DNA of 64,000 nucleotides from a virus, in the IMG/VR virus record IMGVR_UViG_3300049811_000081, positions 32,001 to 96,000 of that record; one strand, written 5' to 3'. Every line of letters starts with the position of its first letter. The stretch's first letter is position 1. A program made the position numbers and the translations under genes. Below the pieces are notes generated by a model that had not been told where the DNA came from, searched no databases, and worked only from the letters and a program-made list of their open reading frames with translations. Below are positions 46,593 through 57,087 of this stretch, piece after piece.

Positions 46593-47564
46593 ATGTCTAA
46601 AAGAGCGTTAATAACGGGAATAAATGGGATGGATGGTTCTCATTTATCAGATTTCTTACTTACAAAAGGATATGAAATTTTTGGCTTAGAAAGAAGAAAG
46701 GCTAATTATTATTCCCCAAACATAGAACACCTAATTGGTAAAATCACTTTACTAAAAGGTGACTTGTCGGATCAAAATTCACTTTTAAGAGCAATAAAAG
46801 ATTGTGAACCACATGAAATATACAATTTGGGTGCTCAATCTTTTGTGGGTGAAAGTTGGCAGATGCCAGAACAGACTTCGGATATTACGGGGTTAGGTGC
46901 TTTAAGAATGCTCGAAGCGATAAGAGAGCATGGTAATAAAGAAATAAAATTTTATCAAGCATCGTCTTCAGAGATGTTTGGTAAAATGACAGGAATAGCA
47001 AATGAAGAGACTTGTTTTTATCCGTGTTCGCCATATGGTGTTGCTAAGCTTTACGCTCATTGGATAACAAAAAACTACCGAGAATCATATGGTATGTTTG
47101 CGGTATCTGGAATTTTATTCAATCACGAATCTGAAAGGAGAGGACACGAATTTGTCACCAGGAAAATTTCCGATGGGGTTGCGAGAATATATCTTGGATT
47201 ATCGGATCATTTAACATTAGGGAATTTAGATCCAATTAGGGATTGGGGTTATGCCCCAGATTATGTCGAAGGTATGTGGTTAATGTTACAACAAGAAACA
47301 CCTGACGATTATGTTTTAAGTACCGCATTATCACATTCTGTTAAAGATTTTTTAACCGAGGCTTTTAATATCATAGGAATTACGGATTGGCAACCATATG
47401 TTGTTCAAGATCCAAAACTAATGAGACCCGTTGAAGTTAATTACTTATTAGGTGATTACTCTAAAGCAAAAAGAGAGTTGGGTTGGGAACCGAAAACATC
47501 CTTTAAAGATTTGGTTAAAATAATGGTCGAAAACGATATAAAACTACTTTCAAAAAATGTCTGA
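46593..47564 (+). CDS. gmd: GDP-mannose 4,6-dehydratase
   Basis: ALITGINGMDG, QASSSEMFG, YGVAK, NHESERRG and RDWG motifs. Confidence 0.95.
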   Translation: MSKRALITGINGMDGSHLSDFLLTKGYEIFGLERRKANYYSPNIEHLIGKITLLKGDLSDQNSLLRAIKDCEPHEIYNLGAQSFVGESWQMPEQTSDITGLGALRMLEAIREHGNKEIKFYQASSSEMFGKMTGIANEETCFYPCSPYGVAKLYAHWITKNYRESYGMFAVSGILFNHESERRGHEFVTRKISDGVARIYLGLSDHLTLGNLDPIRDWGYAPDYVEGMWLMLQQETPDDYVLSTALSHSVKDFLTEAFNIIGITDWQPYVVQDPKLMRPVEVNYLLGDYSKAKRELGWEPKTSFKDLVKIMVENDIKLLSKNV

Positions 47565-48498
47565 TATTTTATTTTTAAATCACAAAAAATCGCAATGTGG
47601 AATATATGAAATAGGTAATAGAATTTATGAATTAATAGATAAGAACATAATACCTATTGAATATATCGATACGGTTCCAAATAAAGACGGTGTTTATGAT
47701 TTTGTTTTCTTTATGGATAAACACAAACCAAAATGTGTTTTTGTGAATTATTTTGTTTTGACGCTTCCATACATAAATAAAAAACTTTTTAAGCAGTTCC
47801 CAAATACCAAATTTATAGGTATTATACACGATCCATTAAGTCTCCCATATATCCAAATGTATGATAATACATTTGATTATTGGATAATACATGATGAAAC
47901 TAATCAGATATCCAGCAATAAGAAGTTTAACACCATTAGACCAATAAGAAGATTTGAAAAGAAAGAAAATAATAACGGCGTATTAAACATCGGTTCTCAC
48001 GGGTTTAGTGTTTCTCCTTGGAAAATGTTTGATAGGATTATTAAAATAATCCATGACGAGTTTAATGAGGTAAACATAAATATGAATATTACCCAAGCAA
48101 CATTTGGGGGAACTAACGATAGTGGAAAATTTAATGAATGGAAAAAATTAATTACAAAACCAAATGTAAACTTAAACATTACAAACACGTATTTCGATAA
48201 AGAAATTGACCTCATATCATTTCTATCTAAAAATGATATGAACATATATTTCTATAATGCTCAACCCCATGTTGGTATTGGTGGTAGCGCGGATCTGGTA
48301 ATAAGTGCTCAAACAAGTTTGGTTGTAAATAATACACACATGTATAGACATTTACATGAACATCTCGGGTATTACGAGCAGACAAATTCTTTGCGTTCTT
48401 TTTTGGGTAATCATACTAAAGTAAAAGAACTATATGATATGTGGTCACCTGAGAGATTAACGAATGACTATAAAAAAATTCTTGAATTAATATTATGA
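47557..48498 (+). CDS. GT-B-like protein, paralog 1 of 3
   Basis: CGIxExG, IGSxGF, MYRH shared motifs. Confidence 0.6.
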   Translation: MSDILFLNHKKSQCGIYEIGNRIYELIDKNIIPIEYIDTVPNKDGVYDFVFFMDKHKPKCVFVNYFVLTLPYINKKLFKQFPNTKFIGIIHDPLSLPYIQMYDNTFDYWIIHDETNQISSNKKFNTIRPIRRFEKKENNNGVLNIGSHGFSVSPWKMFDRIIKIIHDEFNEVNINMNITQATFGGTNDSGKFNEWKKLITKPNVNLNITNTYFDKEIDLISFLSKNDMNIYFYNAQPHVGIGGSADLVISAQTSLVVNNTHMYRHLHEHLGYYEQTNSLRSFLGNHTKVKELYDMWSPERLTNDYKKILELIL

Positions 48499-49415
48499 AA
48501 GATATTCTTATTGTTAACAGGTCTAAAACAAATTGCGGTATATACCAATATGGTATAAACATCTTCCAATCATTAAAAAATAGTGATGTAAACAACTATT
48601 ATCACTTTGAGTGTGATAGTCAAAATGAATTTTTTAACTTCATTAAAGAACGTCATTATGATGTGGTTATTTTTAATTGGTATAGACCAATAATGAGTTG
48701 GGTGAACGATAATACCACAACTTATTTATATGATAGAAGAATAAAGACGTACTTTATATATCATGATGGGGATTACCCAACTTTTAAATATACGAAATCA
48801 ATTTTATATAATGATCCGACGAAGATTGTAAATTACCTATATGAATTTAATATTGGTAGATGTTTATTTGATTACCCAAATAATGATAAACCGAAGGATA
48901 AAGTAATTATATCTTCTTTTGGGTTTGGCTTTATGGATAAGGGGTTTGATGATGTGATTAAAAGAGTTAATGATGAATTTGAAAACGCCACTATTAGATT
49001 ACACATGCCAAATGCAAGTGTAGATCCGTCAGGTATACTAAGAAACAAGACAATAGAAAACTGTTATAAGGAATTAAATAATAAAAATGAATTACTGATA
49101 ACGTCAGATTATAAAAACACTAATGATTTATTGGATTGGTTAAATGAGAGTACCATTAATTGTTTTTTTTATCATAAAAAACAAAGCAATGGTATTTCTT
49201 CTGTTATTGATTATGCCCTATCTGTTCCTGTTCCCATTGCGGTTACCGAATGTGATATGTTTAGACATATAAAAAATGATGACATTTCAATTGAAAAAAA
49301 TTCATTAAAACAAATAATTGAAAAAGGGTTATCTCCAACAAAAAATTTTAGAGAGAAGTGGTCTAATGAAAATTTTAGGATAAACTTTGATAAAATCATG
49401 AATGAAAATGGATAA
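48495..49415 (+). CDS. GT-B-like protein, paralog 2 of 3
   Basis: CGIYQYG, SSFGFG, SSVIDYALS, MFRHI. Confidence 0.6.
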   Translation: MKDILIVNRSKTNCGIYQYGINIFQSLKNSDVNNYYHFECDSQNEFFNFIKERHYDVVIFNWYRPIMSWVNDNTTTYLYDRRIKTYFIYHDGDYPTFKYTKSILYNDPTKIVNYLYEFNIGRCLFDYPNNDKPKDKVIISSFGFGFMDKGFDDVIKRVNDEFENATIRLHMPNASVDPSGILRNKTIENCYKELNNKNELLITSDYKNTNDLLDWLNESTINCFFYHKKQSNGISSVIDYALSVPVPIAVTECDMFRHIKNDDISIEKNSLKQIIEKGLSPTKNFREKWSNENFRINFDKIMNENG

Positions 49416-50346
49416 TACCATATTGTTTGTAAATAGATTGAATAAAAATTGTGGGGTTATTGATTATGGTATTAGGTTATTTAATATAGTAAAAAAATCA
49501 ACAAATTTTAATATCGTATACCTACCTGTAGAAAACAGCGAGGACGTTGTTAATGGCATTAAGTTATACCAACCAAACATAGTTATATACAACTATTATC
49601 CATCGGTCTTACCTTTTATTACCGATGATTTGTTGTCCGATTTTAGAAACATTCCTCATGTGGGTATTCTCCACGAAATTGGTTTATATTTTACATCAAA
49701 TGGTATTCTTACTGTTGATAGTACCTATGATGACAGCATAGATGGGATATTTTCATTACCAAGACCATTATTTGAAGACATTGACATTACTGTTGAAAAA
49801 AATGAAATACCAACAATCGGTAGTTTTGGATTTGGTTTTCGGGATAAAAATTTCCCAAAAATTGCTGAGATGGTGTGCAACGAATTTGATATTGCGAAAT
49901 TAAGATTAAACATCCCATTCGCAACTTTTGGTGACCATGATGGGGCATCGGCTAAATATGAAATCGATAAAATAAAAGAAGTGATATCAAAAAATAATAA
50001 GAACATAAAATTAGAATACTCACATGATTTTTTAAACCATTCTGACTTATTAAAATTTTTAAAACAAAATGATGTAAATATATTCCTATACGATAAACAC
50101 GAAACGAGAAGTTTAAGTAGTACCATCGACTATGCTTTATCAATAAAAAAACCAATCGGTATTAGTGATAGTCATATGTTTAGACATATAAATTGGGTGA
50201 CACCAACAATAATGCTTGACAATACTAATATTAAAGATATTATTAATAATGGTATAGAACCTTTAAATAAGTTATACGAAATACATAGTAATAAGAATTT
50301 GATTGAAAAATTCGAATATTCAATAAATAAATTTTTAAATAGATAA
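49402..50346 (+). CDS. GT-B-like protein, paralog 3 of 3
   Basis: CGVxDYG, GSFGFG, SSTIDYALS, MFRHI; start may be 49408. Confidence 0.6.
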   Translation: MKMDNTILFVNRLNKNCGVIDYGIRLFNIVKKSTNFNIVYLPVENSEDVVNGIKLYQPNIVIYNYYPSVLPFITDDLLSDFRNIPHVGILHEIGLYFTSNGILTVDSTYDDSIDGIFSLPRPLFEDIDITVEKNEIPTIGSFGFGFRDKNFPKIAEMVCNEFDIAKLRLNIPFATFGDHDGASAKYEIDKIKEVISKNNKNIKLEYSHDFLNHSDLLKFLKQNDVNIFLYDKHETRSLSSTIDYALSIKKPIGISDSHMFRHINWVTPTIMLDNTNIKDIINNGIEPLNKLYEIHSNKNLIEKFEYSINKFLNR

Positions 50347-50347
50347 T

Positions 50348-51580
50348 ATGAAAAAAATAGGTGAAAAATTATTCTCTCTCGGTGAATTATACGTATCTGA
50401 TTTCATAAAACAAGATTCGGATGCAAGAGCTGGTAAACACGACATGACAATGGTTTTAGATGAAAGGTACGGTGCTGCCAGATTAGAAAAATGTACACCA
50501 ATACATTCTATGTTTGGTAAATATTGGTATCGTAGTGGAACTAATCTAACCATGACAAATGAACTCAAAGGTATCGTTGATAGTGTTAAATCAGTACATA
50601 AATTGAAAGATGGTGATTTATGGTTAGATATTGCTTGTAACGATGGTACTTTACTGAAGTTTGTTCCTGATAATGTCTTAAAATTAGGTATCGATCCCGC
50701 CGAAAATTCTTTTCTTGAAGAATCGTCTAAAGTTGCTGATGAAGTAATACAAGACTATTTCACCATTGATAGTTTTAATCGTTCCAAGTTTAAAGATAAG
50801 AAAGTGTCGGTTGTTACATGTATTGCCATGTTTTACGACTTAGATGAACCAGAAGATTTTTTAATGGACGTATATGATGTATTAGATGATAATGGATTGT
50901 TTGTACTACAAATGAGTTACACTCCATTAATGATAAAGCAATTAGCTTTCGATAACATTTGTCACGAACACGTATATTATTGGTCTCTGTTTTCTCTTAA
51001 GAGATTACTAGAAAAATGTAAATTTAAAATTGTTGACTGTCAATTAAATGATGTCAACGGTGGTAGTTTTAGAATTTATATTAAAAAAGACGTATCCAAC
51101 GTTGGAACTTTCGGATCTTCCCCATACAGGGATGTTTGTAATGTTAGGGTCGAATCATTATTAACATGGGAATCCAATTTAAAATTGAATGAAAGACATA
51201 TATGGGACGATTTTATTAGTAAAGTGAGAGATCTTAGATACCAAGTCACTCATTTCATTAAAGAAGAGAAATCGAAAGGAAAAACGATATGTGGGTACGG
51301 TGCTTCAACAAAAGGAAACACTCTTCTACAATATTTTGATTTGGATAATACTTTAATTGATGCCATAGCTGAAAGATCTCCATATAAATTTGGATTAAAG
51401 ACTATCGGAACAAATATCCCTATCCTATCTGAAGAAGAAGTTAGAAAAATGAAACCAGATTATATGTTGGTTCTACCGTGGCATTTTATTACCGAATTCA
51501 TTGAAAGAGAAAAAGAATATTTAGATAATGGGGGAAAATTTATTGTTCCCTGCCCTACTTTTCAAATAATTGAAAAATGA
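50348..51580 (+). CDS. NDP-sugar C3-methyltransferase (NovU/TylC3/TcaB9-like)
   Basis: DIACNDG, HEH, NGGSFR, YGASTKGNT and LPWHF motifs. Confidence 0.88.
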   Translation: MKKIGEKLFSLGELYVSDFIKQDSDARAGKHDMTMVLDERYGAARLEKCTPIHSMFGKYWYRSGTNLTMTNELKGIVDSVKSVHKLKDGDLWLDIACNDGTLLKFVPDNVLKLGIDPAENSFLEESSKVADEVIQDYFTIDSFNRSKFKDKKVSVVTCIAMFYDLDEPEDFLMDVYDVLDDNGLFVLQMSYTPLMIKQLAFDNICHEHVYYWSLFSLKRLLEKCKFKIVDCQLNDVNGGSFRIYIKKDVSNVGTFGSSPYRDVCNVRVESLLTWESNLKLNERHIWDDFISKVRDLRYQVTHFIKEEKSKGKTICGYGASTKGNTLLQYFDLDNTLIDAIAERSPYKFGLKTIGTNIPILSEEEVRKMKPDYMLVLPWHFITEFIEREKEYLDNGGKFIVPCPTFQIIEK

Positions 51581-52365
51581 TAAATGATATAGGTAAAATG
51601 GACTTAGTTATTCAAGGTCCAGCAAATAACTATACGTTAGAAATTGTAAATCTATACCTAAACTTAGATTTTGTAAATAACATAATCATATCATGCTGGG
51701 AGGGGGATAATGTTGATCCAAATATGAATGAAAGGGTGAGGGTTATTTTTAACAAGGATATACCGAACCCCGGAATTACAAATAGAAATAGACAAATTGT
51801 TTCATCATATAATGGTTTAAAAGAAGTAACCACTAAATTTTCAGCAAAATTAAGATCATGTCAAAAAATAACATTAGAGAGCATGCAATTAATGTATGAT
51901 TACTATAACAAACACAAAGAAAGATCATTAAGTTTTGAAGATGATGTAAATAAACCATTCAATAGGGTATGTGTTGCGGGTATTTTTAAACCATTTCCTT
52001 TTCACCCAAGAGATCATATCTATTGGGGTAACACTATGGATTTATTGGATGTTTTTGACATACCATTGGATACATATAATGGTGTTGAGGATTATAGTAA
52101 AATAACAAGATCGGAGGCATACATTTCGTCTTTTTATTATGCAAAATTCAATAAAAAGATAAATCATTTTATTGAAAATTATGAAACATATCTGGTTGAT
52201 AATGCACCAAAAATAAATGAAGCCTTTGAGATAAATGATGAGATCATAACAAAAGTGTTTTTACCATTCCCAAAAATCGATTTTGAGTGGCCAAAACACG
52301 GATTGTATAGGTATCATTATGATTTTACGGAAAAACATTTTGGGGAATATTTCGGAAATGAATAG
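51577..52365 (+). CDS. WavE-like polysaccharide synthesis protein
   Basis: VIQGP, IISCW, NRQI..S..GL, KLRS and FHxxD motifs. Confidence 0.75.
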   Translation: MINDIGKMDLVIQGPANNYTLEIVNLYLNLDFVNNIIISCWEGDNVDPNMNERVRVIFNKDIPNPGITNRNRQIVSSYNGLKEVTTKFSAKLRSCQKITLESMQLMYDYYNKHKERSLSFEDDVNKPFNRVCVAGIFKPFPFHPRDHIYWGNTMDLLDVFDIPLDTYNGVEDYSKITRSEAYISSFYYAKFNKKINHFIENYETYLVDNAPKINEAFEINDEIITKVFLPFPKIDFEWPKHGLYRYHYDFTEKHFGEYFGNE

Positions 52366-52714
52366 AAACATAACGATATTTTGTGACATAGATGGAGTTT
52401 TAATGAAACATCAATATCCAAACGTAACATGTAGAGAAGATTTTACACCAGAAGAAATCAATGGTGTCTCAGAAAAAATAACAGAATGGGTTACTAAGGG
52501 ATATATCATTGTTTTAACAACAGCGAGGAAGGAATCGATGAGAAGGGTCACAGAAAAACAATTATCTTCCATTGGTGTGATTTATGATTATTTAATAATG
52601 GGGTTAGGTTCTGGCACTAGATATTTAATTAATGACAATAAATTAGACGGCGAAAAAACGGCGTTTGCTATTACTTTAGATAGAGATAAAGGAATTAAAG
52701 ATGTTAACATATAA
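52358..52714 (+). CDS. Minimal HAD-family phosphatase
   Basis: DIDG, TTAR, YDxLIMG and INDxK motifs; start moved to ATG 52358. Confidence 0.82.
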   Translation: MNRNITIFCDIDGVLMKHQYPNVTCREDFTPEEINGVSEKITEWVTKGYIIVLTTARKESMRRVTEKQLSSIGVIYDYLIMGLGSGTRYLINDNKLDGEKTAFAITLDRDKGIKDVNI

Positions 52715-54116
52715 TAAATTTTTTATTGGTATTTCTGGTCCTTCTGGTGTTGGTAAAACAACCATATCTCACCTAATTTCTTATATGTTTAAACATAAAT
52801 GTTTAATAATAAGTGGTGATGATTTACATAAATGGGAGAGAAACGATGATAATTGGAATAAGTTTACCCACTTTAATCCTGAAGCCAATAATTTGGATTT
52901 GGGTTTCCAACATCTTGAAAAATTAAAAAATGGGTTACATATAGAAAGATCGATATACAACCACTCAACAGGTAAGTTTGATGCACTAAAAACATTAAAT
53001 CCAGAAAATATTTTAATATATGAGGGTCTACACACTTTATACGACGAAAGAGTGTTAGATCTGTTGGATTTAAAAATATATGTCGATACAAATGAAGACT
53101 TAACCAAAGAATGGAAATTAAAAAGAGATATTCAACAAAGAGGATATTCAAAGAGACAGGTTGAGGATGTGATTACGAGGAGAAAAGAAGATCAAAAAAA
53201 ATTTATTGATCCTCAAAAAAATAATGCTGACGTTATAGTGAAATTTTTTAAAAACAATGATAAGGTTGAGATAGATTATTTCGTTATCAATAACAAGTTT
53301 GAGAATTTCGTTAAAGAATTGACGGAATTTTACAACGCATTAAATCAATTTATTGAATTGTCTAAAATGTTATCAACAGAGATTTCTTTAACTCAATCAA
53401 AAGGTGGTAACATATCAATAAAATACGGTAATAAAATAATTATTAAAGAATCTGGACAGGAGATATCAAACATCTCTATTTTAAATGGGTTTTCTATTTG
53501 TGAAAATACAAAACATATGCCGATATTGTTATCGGAATCACAATACGAAAATTACATAAATGAAATAAAATTTTCAAATAAAAATCCATCGATGGAAATT
53601 GGGTTTCATATTGTTTTACACGATTCTGTTGTTATCCACACCCACCCAATTTATCTAAATACAATTTTATGTTCTAAAGAAGCTAAAGAGATAATTGAAA
53701 AATTGTTTAATCATCTAAAATACGAATATATCAACTACATTCTTCCGGGTTATAAGTTGGCGGGAATAATTAAAAACAAAAATGACAAAAACATATATTT
53801 CTTGGAAAATCATGGGTTAATCGTTTCTTCGGATAATATAGAAAAGGCGTTCGCAATTACTGTTGAAATTAATAATATCTGTAAAAAATGGATCGATGGT
53901 CATGTGGATACCTTTGTGGAGATAAAAAATCGTTCCGTTTCTGGTCTTCCATTATTTCCTGATGCTGTTGTGTTAAAAGAAGAAATGGGTGTGATTAATA
54001 AGTATATGGTAAGTTTAATGAAAAATTGTTTTTTAACACCGAAGTTTTTAACAAAAAAAGAAATAAACGAGATTTTAGAATTAGAATCAGAAAAGAAGAG
54101 AAAAGAAAAAATATGA
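52701..54116 (+). CDS. Phosphoribulokinase/uridine-kinase-like + class II aldolase fusion
   Basis: GPSGVGKT, DDLH, EGLH; then GGNISxK, PSME..FH, HTH, NHG. Confidence 0.82.
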   Translation: MLTYNKFFIGISGPSGVGKTTISHLISYMFKHKCLIISGDDLHKWERNDDNWNKFTHFNPEANNLDLGFQHLEKLKNGLHIERSIYNHSTGKFDALKTLNPENILIYEGLHTLYDERVLDLLDLKIYVDTNEDLTKEWKLKRDIQQRGYSKRQVEDVITRRKEDQKKFIDPQKNNADVIVKFFKNNDKVEIDYFVINNKFENFVKELTEFYNALNQFIELSKMLSTEISLTQSKGGNISIKYGNKIIIKESGQEISNISILNGFSICENTKHMPILLSESQYENYINEIKFSNKNPSMEIGFHIVLHDSVVIHTHPIYLNTILCSKEAKEIIEKLFNHLKYEYINYILPGYKLAGIIKNKNDKNIYFLENHGLIVSSDNIEKAFAITVEINNICKKWIDGHVDTFVEIKNRSVSGLPLFPDAVVLKEEMGVINKYMVSLMKNCFLTPKFLTKKEINEILELESEKKRKEKI

Positions 54117-54946
54117 AAATAATTGTTCCAATGGCTGGATCTGGTAACCGATTTTTAGAAAAGGGTTATAGAGATCCAAAACCACTAATTAAGGTTGGAG
54201 GTAAAAAAATAATCGAATACGTTATTGATATGTTTTCTCCAAACGATGAATTTATCTTCATTTGCAATGAACTTCATAAAAAGTTTTTCGACATTGATAA
54301 ATCATTAAAGAAAATAAAGCCGTCTTCTAAAGTTTTTTCAATGCCTAATCATAAGTTAGGTCCGGTATATACGGTATTACCATTTTTTCAATACATAGAT
54401 GATGATGAAGAAGTAATAATATCATACTGTGATAATTCATTTCTATGGGATATTGAAGACTTTAAAAATTTTTTGGAAAAAGAAAAACCAGATGGTTGCA
54501 TATTAACACATACAGGATTTCATCCACATACATTAAGTAAAACCAAAATGGCTTTTATTAAAGAAAAAGACGGTATTGTTGGAGAAATACAAGAAAAAGA
54601 GTGTTACACGGATGACCCAATGAGTGAGCACGCATCGACAGGAATATACTACTTTAAAAAGGGTAGTTATGTAAAAAAATATTTCAAAGAATTAATTGAT
54701 TTAGATATAAATTATAATGGTGAATATTATGTTACATTAGTTTATAATCTGTTAATCAGAGATAAGTTAAAATGTATGTACTATGATACACCATTTGTTA
54801 CGGTTTTTGGTACGCCAGAAGAAGTTGAACATTTCGAAGCATGGAAAACATTGCTTAGTGAGTTGCAAATAAAGAACGAAGATGATTTAATAAATTCATA
54901 CAGATATTGGAAAAAATATTTTAAATTTTACAATGATGAATCATAG
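54113..54946 (+). CDS. Sugar-phosphate nucleotidyltransferase
   Basis: PMAGSGNRF..PKPLI, YCD, GIYYF and NGEYYV motifs; start moved to ATG 54113. Confidence 0.88.
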   Translation: MKIIVPMAGSGNRFLEKGYRDPKPLIKVGGKKIIEYVIDMFSPNDEFIFICNELHKKFFDIDKSLKKIKPSSKVFSMPNHKLGPVYTVLPFFQYIDDDEEVIISYCDNSFLWDIEDFKNFLEKEKPDGCILTHTGFHPHTLSKTKMAFIKEKDGIVGEIQEKECYTDDPMSEHASTGIYYFKKGSYVKKYFKELIDLDINYNGEYYVTLVYNLLIRDKLKCMYYDTPFVTVFGTPEEVEHFEAWKTLLSELQIKNEDDLINSYRYWKKYFKFYNDES

Positions 54947-55661
54947 AGAACGTTTATTCGAAATAAATAATATTCCCGTTTTAAATTATAAGGTGTTGAA
55001 TTATCTTTTTGAAAATAATTTAGTTCCGCAAGATGATGATTTATGGTTAGAATTTGGGACTTATGATGGAAGAAGTATTAATAAAATATCGAGATATACC
55101 GAAAAAACAATATATGGTTTTGATAGTTTTGAAGGGTTACCAGAACCTTGGGTTGGTAGGATAGACGAAAATGGTGAGTTTCATCATCATAAAGGAGTTT
55201 TTGATTTAGGTGGTGGTCATGATAATTTTACTTTAGATAGATTTTTTGTCTACCCAAATGTAAAATTAATAAAAGGATGGTTTAAAGATACTTTACCGGT
55301 TTTTATGGAAGAAAATGATAGACCAATTTCTTTTATTCATGTTGATTGTGACATATATTCATCAACCGTTGATGTTTTTAAATATACACACAAAAATATA
55401 AAAAATGGGTGTATTATCGTATTTGATGAGATGATTGGTTATCCAAATTTTGAAGAACATGAGTGGAAAGCTTGGTGGGAATTTGTTGAAAATAAAAACA
55501 TAACGTTTGAGTGGATAGGAGGTAATGTTGGTGGTGTTGAAATACCAAATAACATAAATAAAAAATTTGGGGAGGGGACGCCACATTTTCACGAAATGGT
55601 TTCTCCGTCATATGAAAACGTCGGTTTAAAAATTTTACATAATCCAACATATAAATTTTAA
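54933..55661 (+). CDS. TylF-like class I O-methyltransferase
   Basis: LEFG, GFDSFEGLP, GWFxDT, HVDCDIYSS and FDE motifs. Confidence 0.85.
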   Translation: MMNHRERLFEINNIPVLNYKVLNYLFENNLVPQDDDLWLEFGTYDGRSINKISRYTEKTIYGFDSFEGLPEPWVGRIDENGEFHHHKGVFDLGGGHDNFTLDRFFVYPNVKLIKGWFKDTLPVFMEENDRPISFIHVDCDIYSSTVDVFKYTHKNIKNGCIIVFDEMIGYPNFEEHEWKAWWEFVENKNITFEWIGGNVGGVEIPNNINKKFGEGTPHFHEMVSPSYENVGLKILHNPTYKF

Positions 55662-55662
55662 A

Positions 55663-56109
55663 ATGGAATTAATATCACATAGGGGAAATTTAAATTCTAT
55701 TAATCCTGATTTAGAAAACAGTCCGGATTATATAGACAATGCAATATTAGAGGGTTTTGATGTTGAAGTGGATGTTAGGTGTGTTGATGGTAAATTATTT
55801 TTAGGTCATGATTACCCCCAGTACGAAATAAATGAACGGTGGTTAATAGACAGAAAAAGAAAATTATGGATCCATACAAAAGATTTTAATTCATTAAATT
55901 TACTTATACGTTCCTATACTAGAATTTTTTTTCACGAAAAAGAATCTCATACAATTATTCACAATACTAACCAAATATGGTCACATAATATTGATGAGGC
56001 TAGTGAAAATTCGATAATCCCTTTATTAAGTAAAGAAGATGTTCTCAATTGGAATAATAGGAAAAAAGTATATGGTGTTTGTTCAGATTATATAAAACTT
56101 TTCAGATGA
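55663..56109 (+). CDS. GDPD/PI-PLC-like phosphodiesterase-fold protein
   Basis: ISHRGN, EN, DVEVDV, LGHD, WIHxK and GVCSD motifs. Confidence 0.75.
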   Translation: MELISHRGNLNSINPDLENSPDYIDNAILEGFDVEVDVRCVDGKLFLGHDYPQYEINERWLIDRKRKLWIHTKDFNSLNLLIRSYTRIFFHEKESHTIIHNTNQIWSHNIDEASENSIIPLLSKEDVLNWNNRKKVYGVCSDYIKLFR

Positions 56110-56750
56110 AATCATATGCACAATACGAAGAGGATTTATTTTTGATGTCATATTTTAATGACAATAAAAAACACTATGGTGTTGAGGTTGGTGCATCAGA
56201 TGGTGTATTTGTGTCCCCAACAAAGTTATTAGAAGAAAATGGGTGGGAAATACTTTGTATTGAGCCAAATCCCATTTCTTTTATGGATTTACAAAAGAAC
56301 AGAAAACATTGCTTACAATATGCTGTAGGTAATGAAAACATGGATAACGTTACATTTACTGTTTTTAATTTAGATAGAGATGAAAATTATCAGGATGCCA
56401 TTTCTTCATTAAATCCTGATCAACGTCTAATTGATGAACACATTGGGTTTGATTTACTAATCAATTCATACCCCGAAAACGTAAATGTAAGAACGTTGGA
56501 TTTTTGTATAAACCAATGGTTAAATATACTTGGAATATCTAAGGATGATTTTAAATTAGATTTTGTATCCATAGATACTGAAGGTACGGAGATGGATGTA
56601 ATTGAAGGATTTGATATAGAATATTGGGATCCAAAACTTGTGTTAATTGAAAATAACTTTAATGAGGAGAGATATAGAGTAAAAATGATGGAAAGAGGAT
56701 ACAAATTAATAAATATTTTTGGTATAAACGATTTATATGTTAAAAATTAG
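56106..56750 (+). CDS. FkbM-family methyltransferase
   Basis: YAQ..ED, VEVGAxDG, IEPN and SIDTEGxE motifs; start moved to ATG 56106. Confidence 0.88.
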   Translation: MKSYAQYEEDLFLMSYFNDNKKHYGVEVGASDGVFVSPTKLLEENGWEILCIEPNPISFMDLQKNRKHCLQYAVGNENMDNVTFTVFNLDRDENYQDAISSLNPDQRLIDEHIGFDLLINSYPENVNVRTLDFCINQWLNILGISKDDFKLDFVSIDTEGTEMDVIEGFDIEYWDPKLVLIENNFNEERYRVKMMERGYKLINIFGINDLYVKN

Positions 56751-57087
56751 TCTAGATGAAGCATATGTTTTTGATCTCCTTTCGATCCACGAAGTAAAAT
56801 TAATGAAAAGTGGTGGTGATAAAAGGAAACAATTAGAAAAAACGTATGATAAATTAAAAGAAGAAATTATCTCTCAAATAGGTCATGAAAAATACACTAA
56901 AATTGTTGTTAGTCCTGAGTACCATGATTTAAAAATATCAAACGCAATTGTGTTTATGTTAGTTGATAGGTCAAACCAAAGTGAACTGTCTAAACTAACC
57001 GCTGACGCAAACTATGACAGGTATATAAAGAAAACTACGTTACAAAATAAATTTTTTGGTAATAATTTGGATGAGGTTAAATTATGA
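56737..57087 (+). CDS. Small helical protein (DUF6165-like)
   Basis: DxLSIxEVK...NxxRxxxK...EVK pattern. Confidence 0.55.
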   Translation: MLKISLDEAYVFDLLSIHEVKLMKSGGDKRKQLEKTYDKLKEEIISQIGHEKYTKIVVSPEYHDLKISNAIVFMLVDRSNQSELSKLTADANYDRYIKKTTLQNKFFGNNLDEVKL

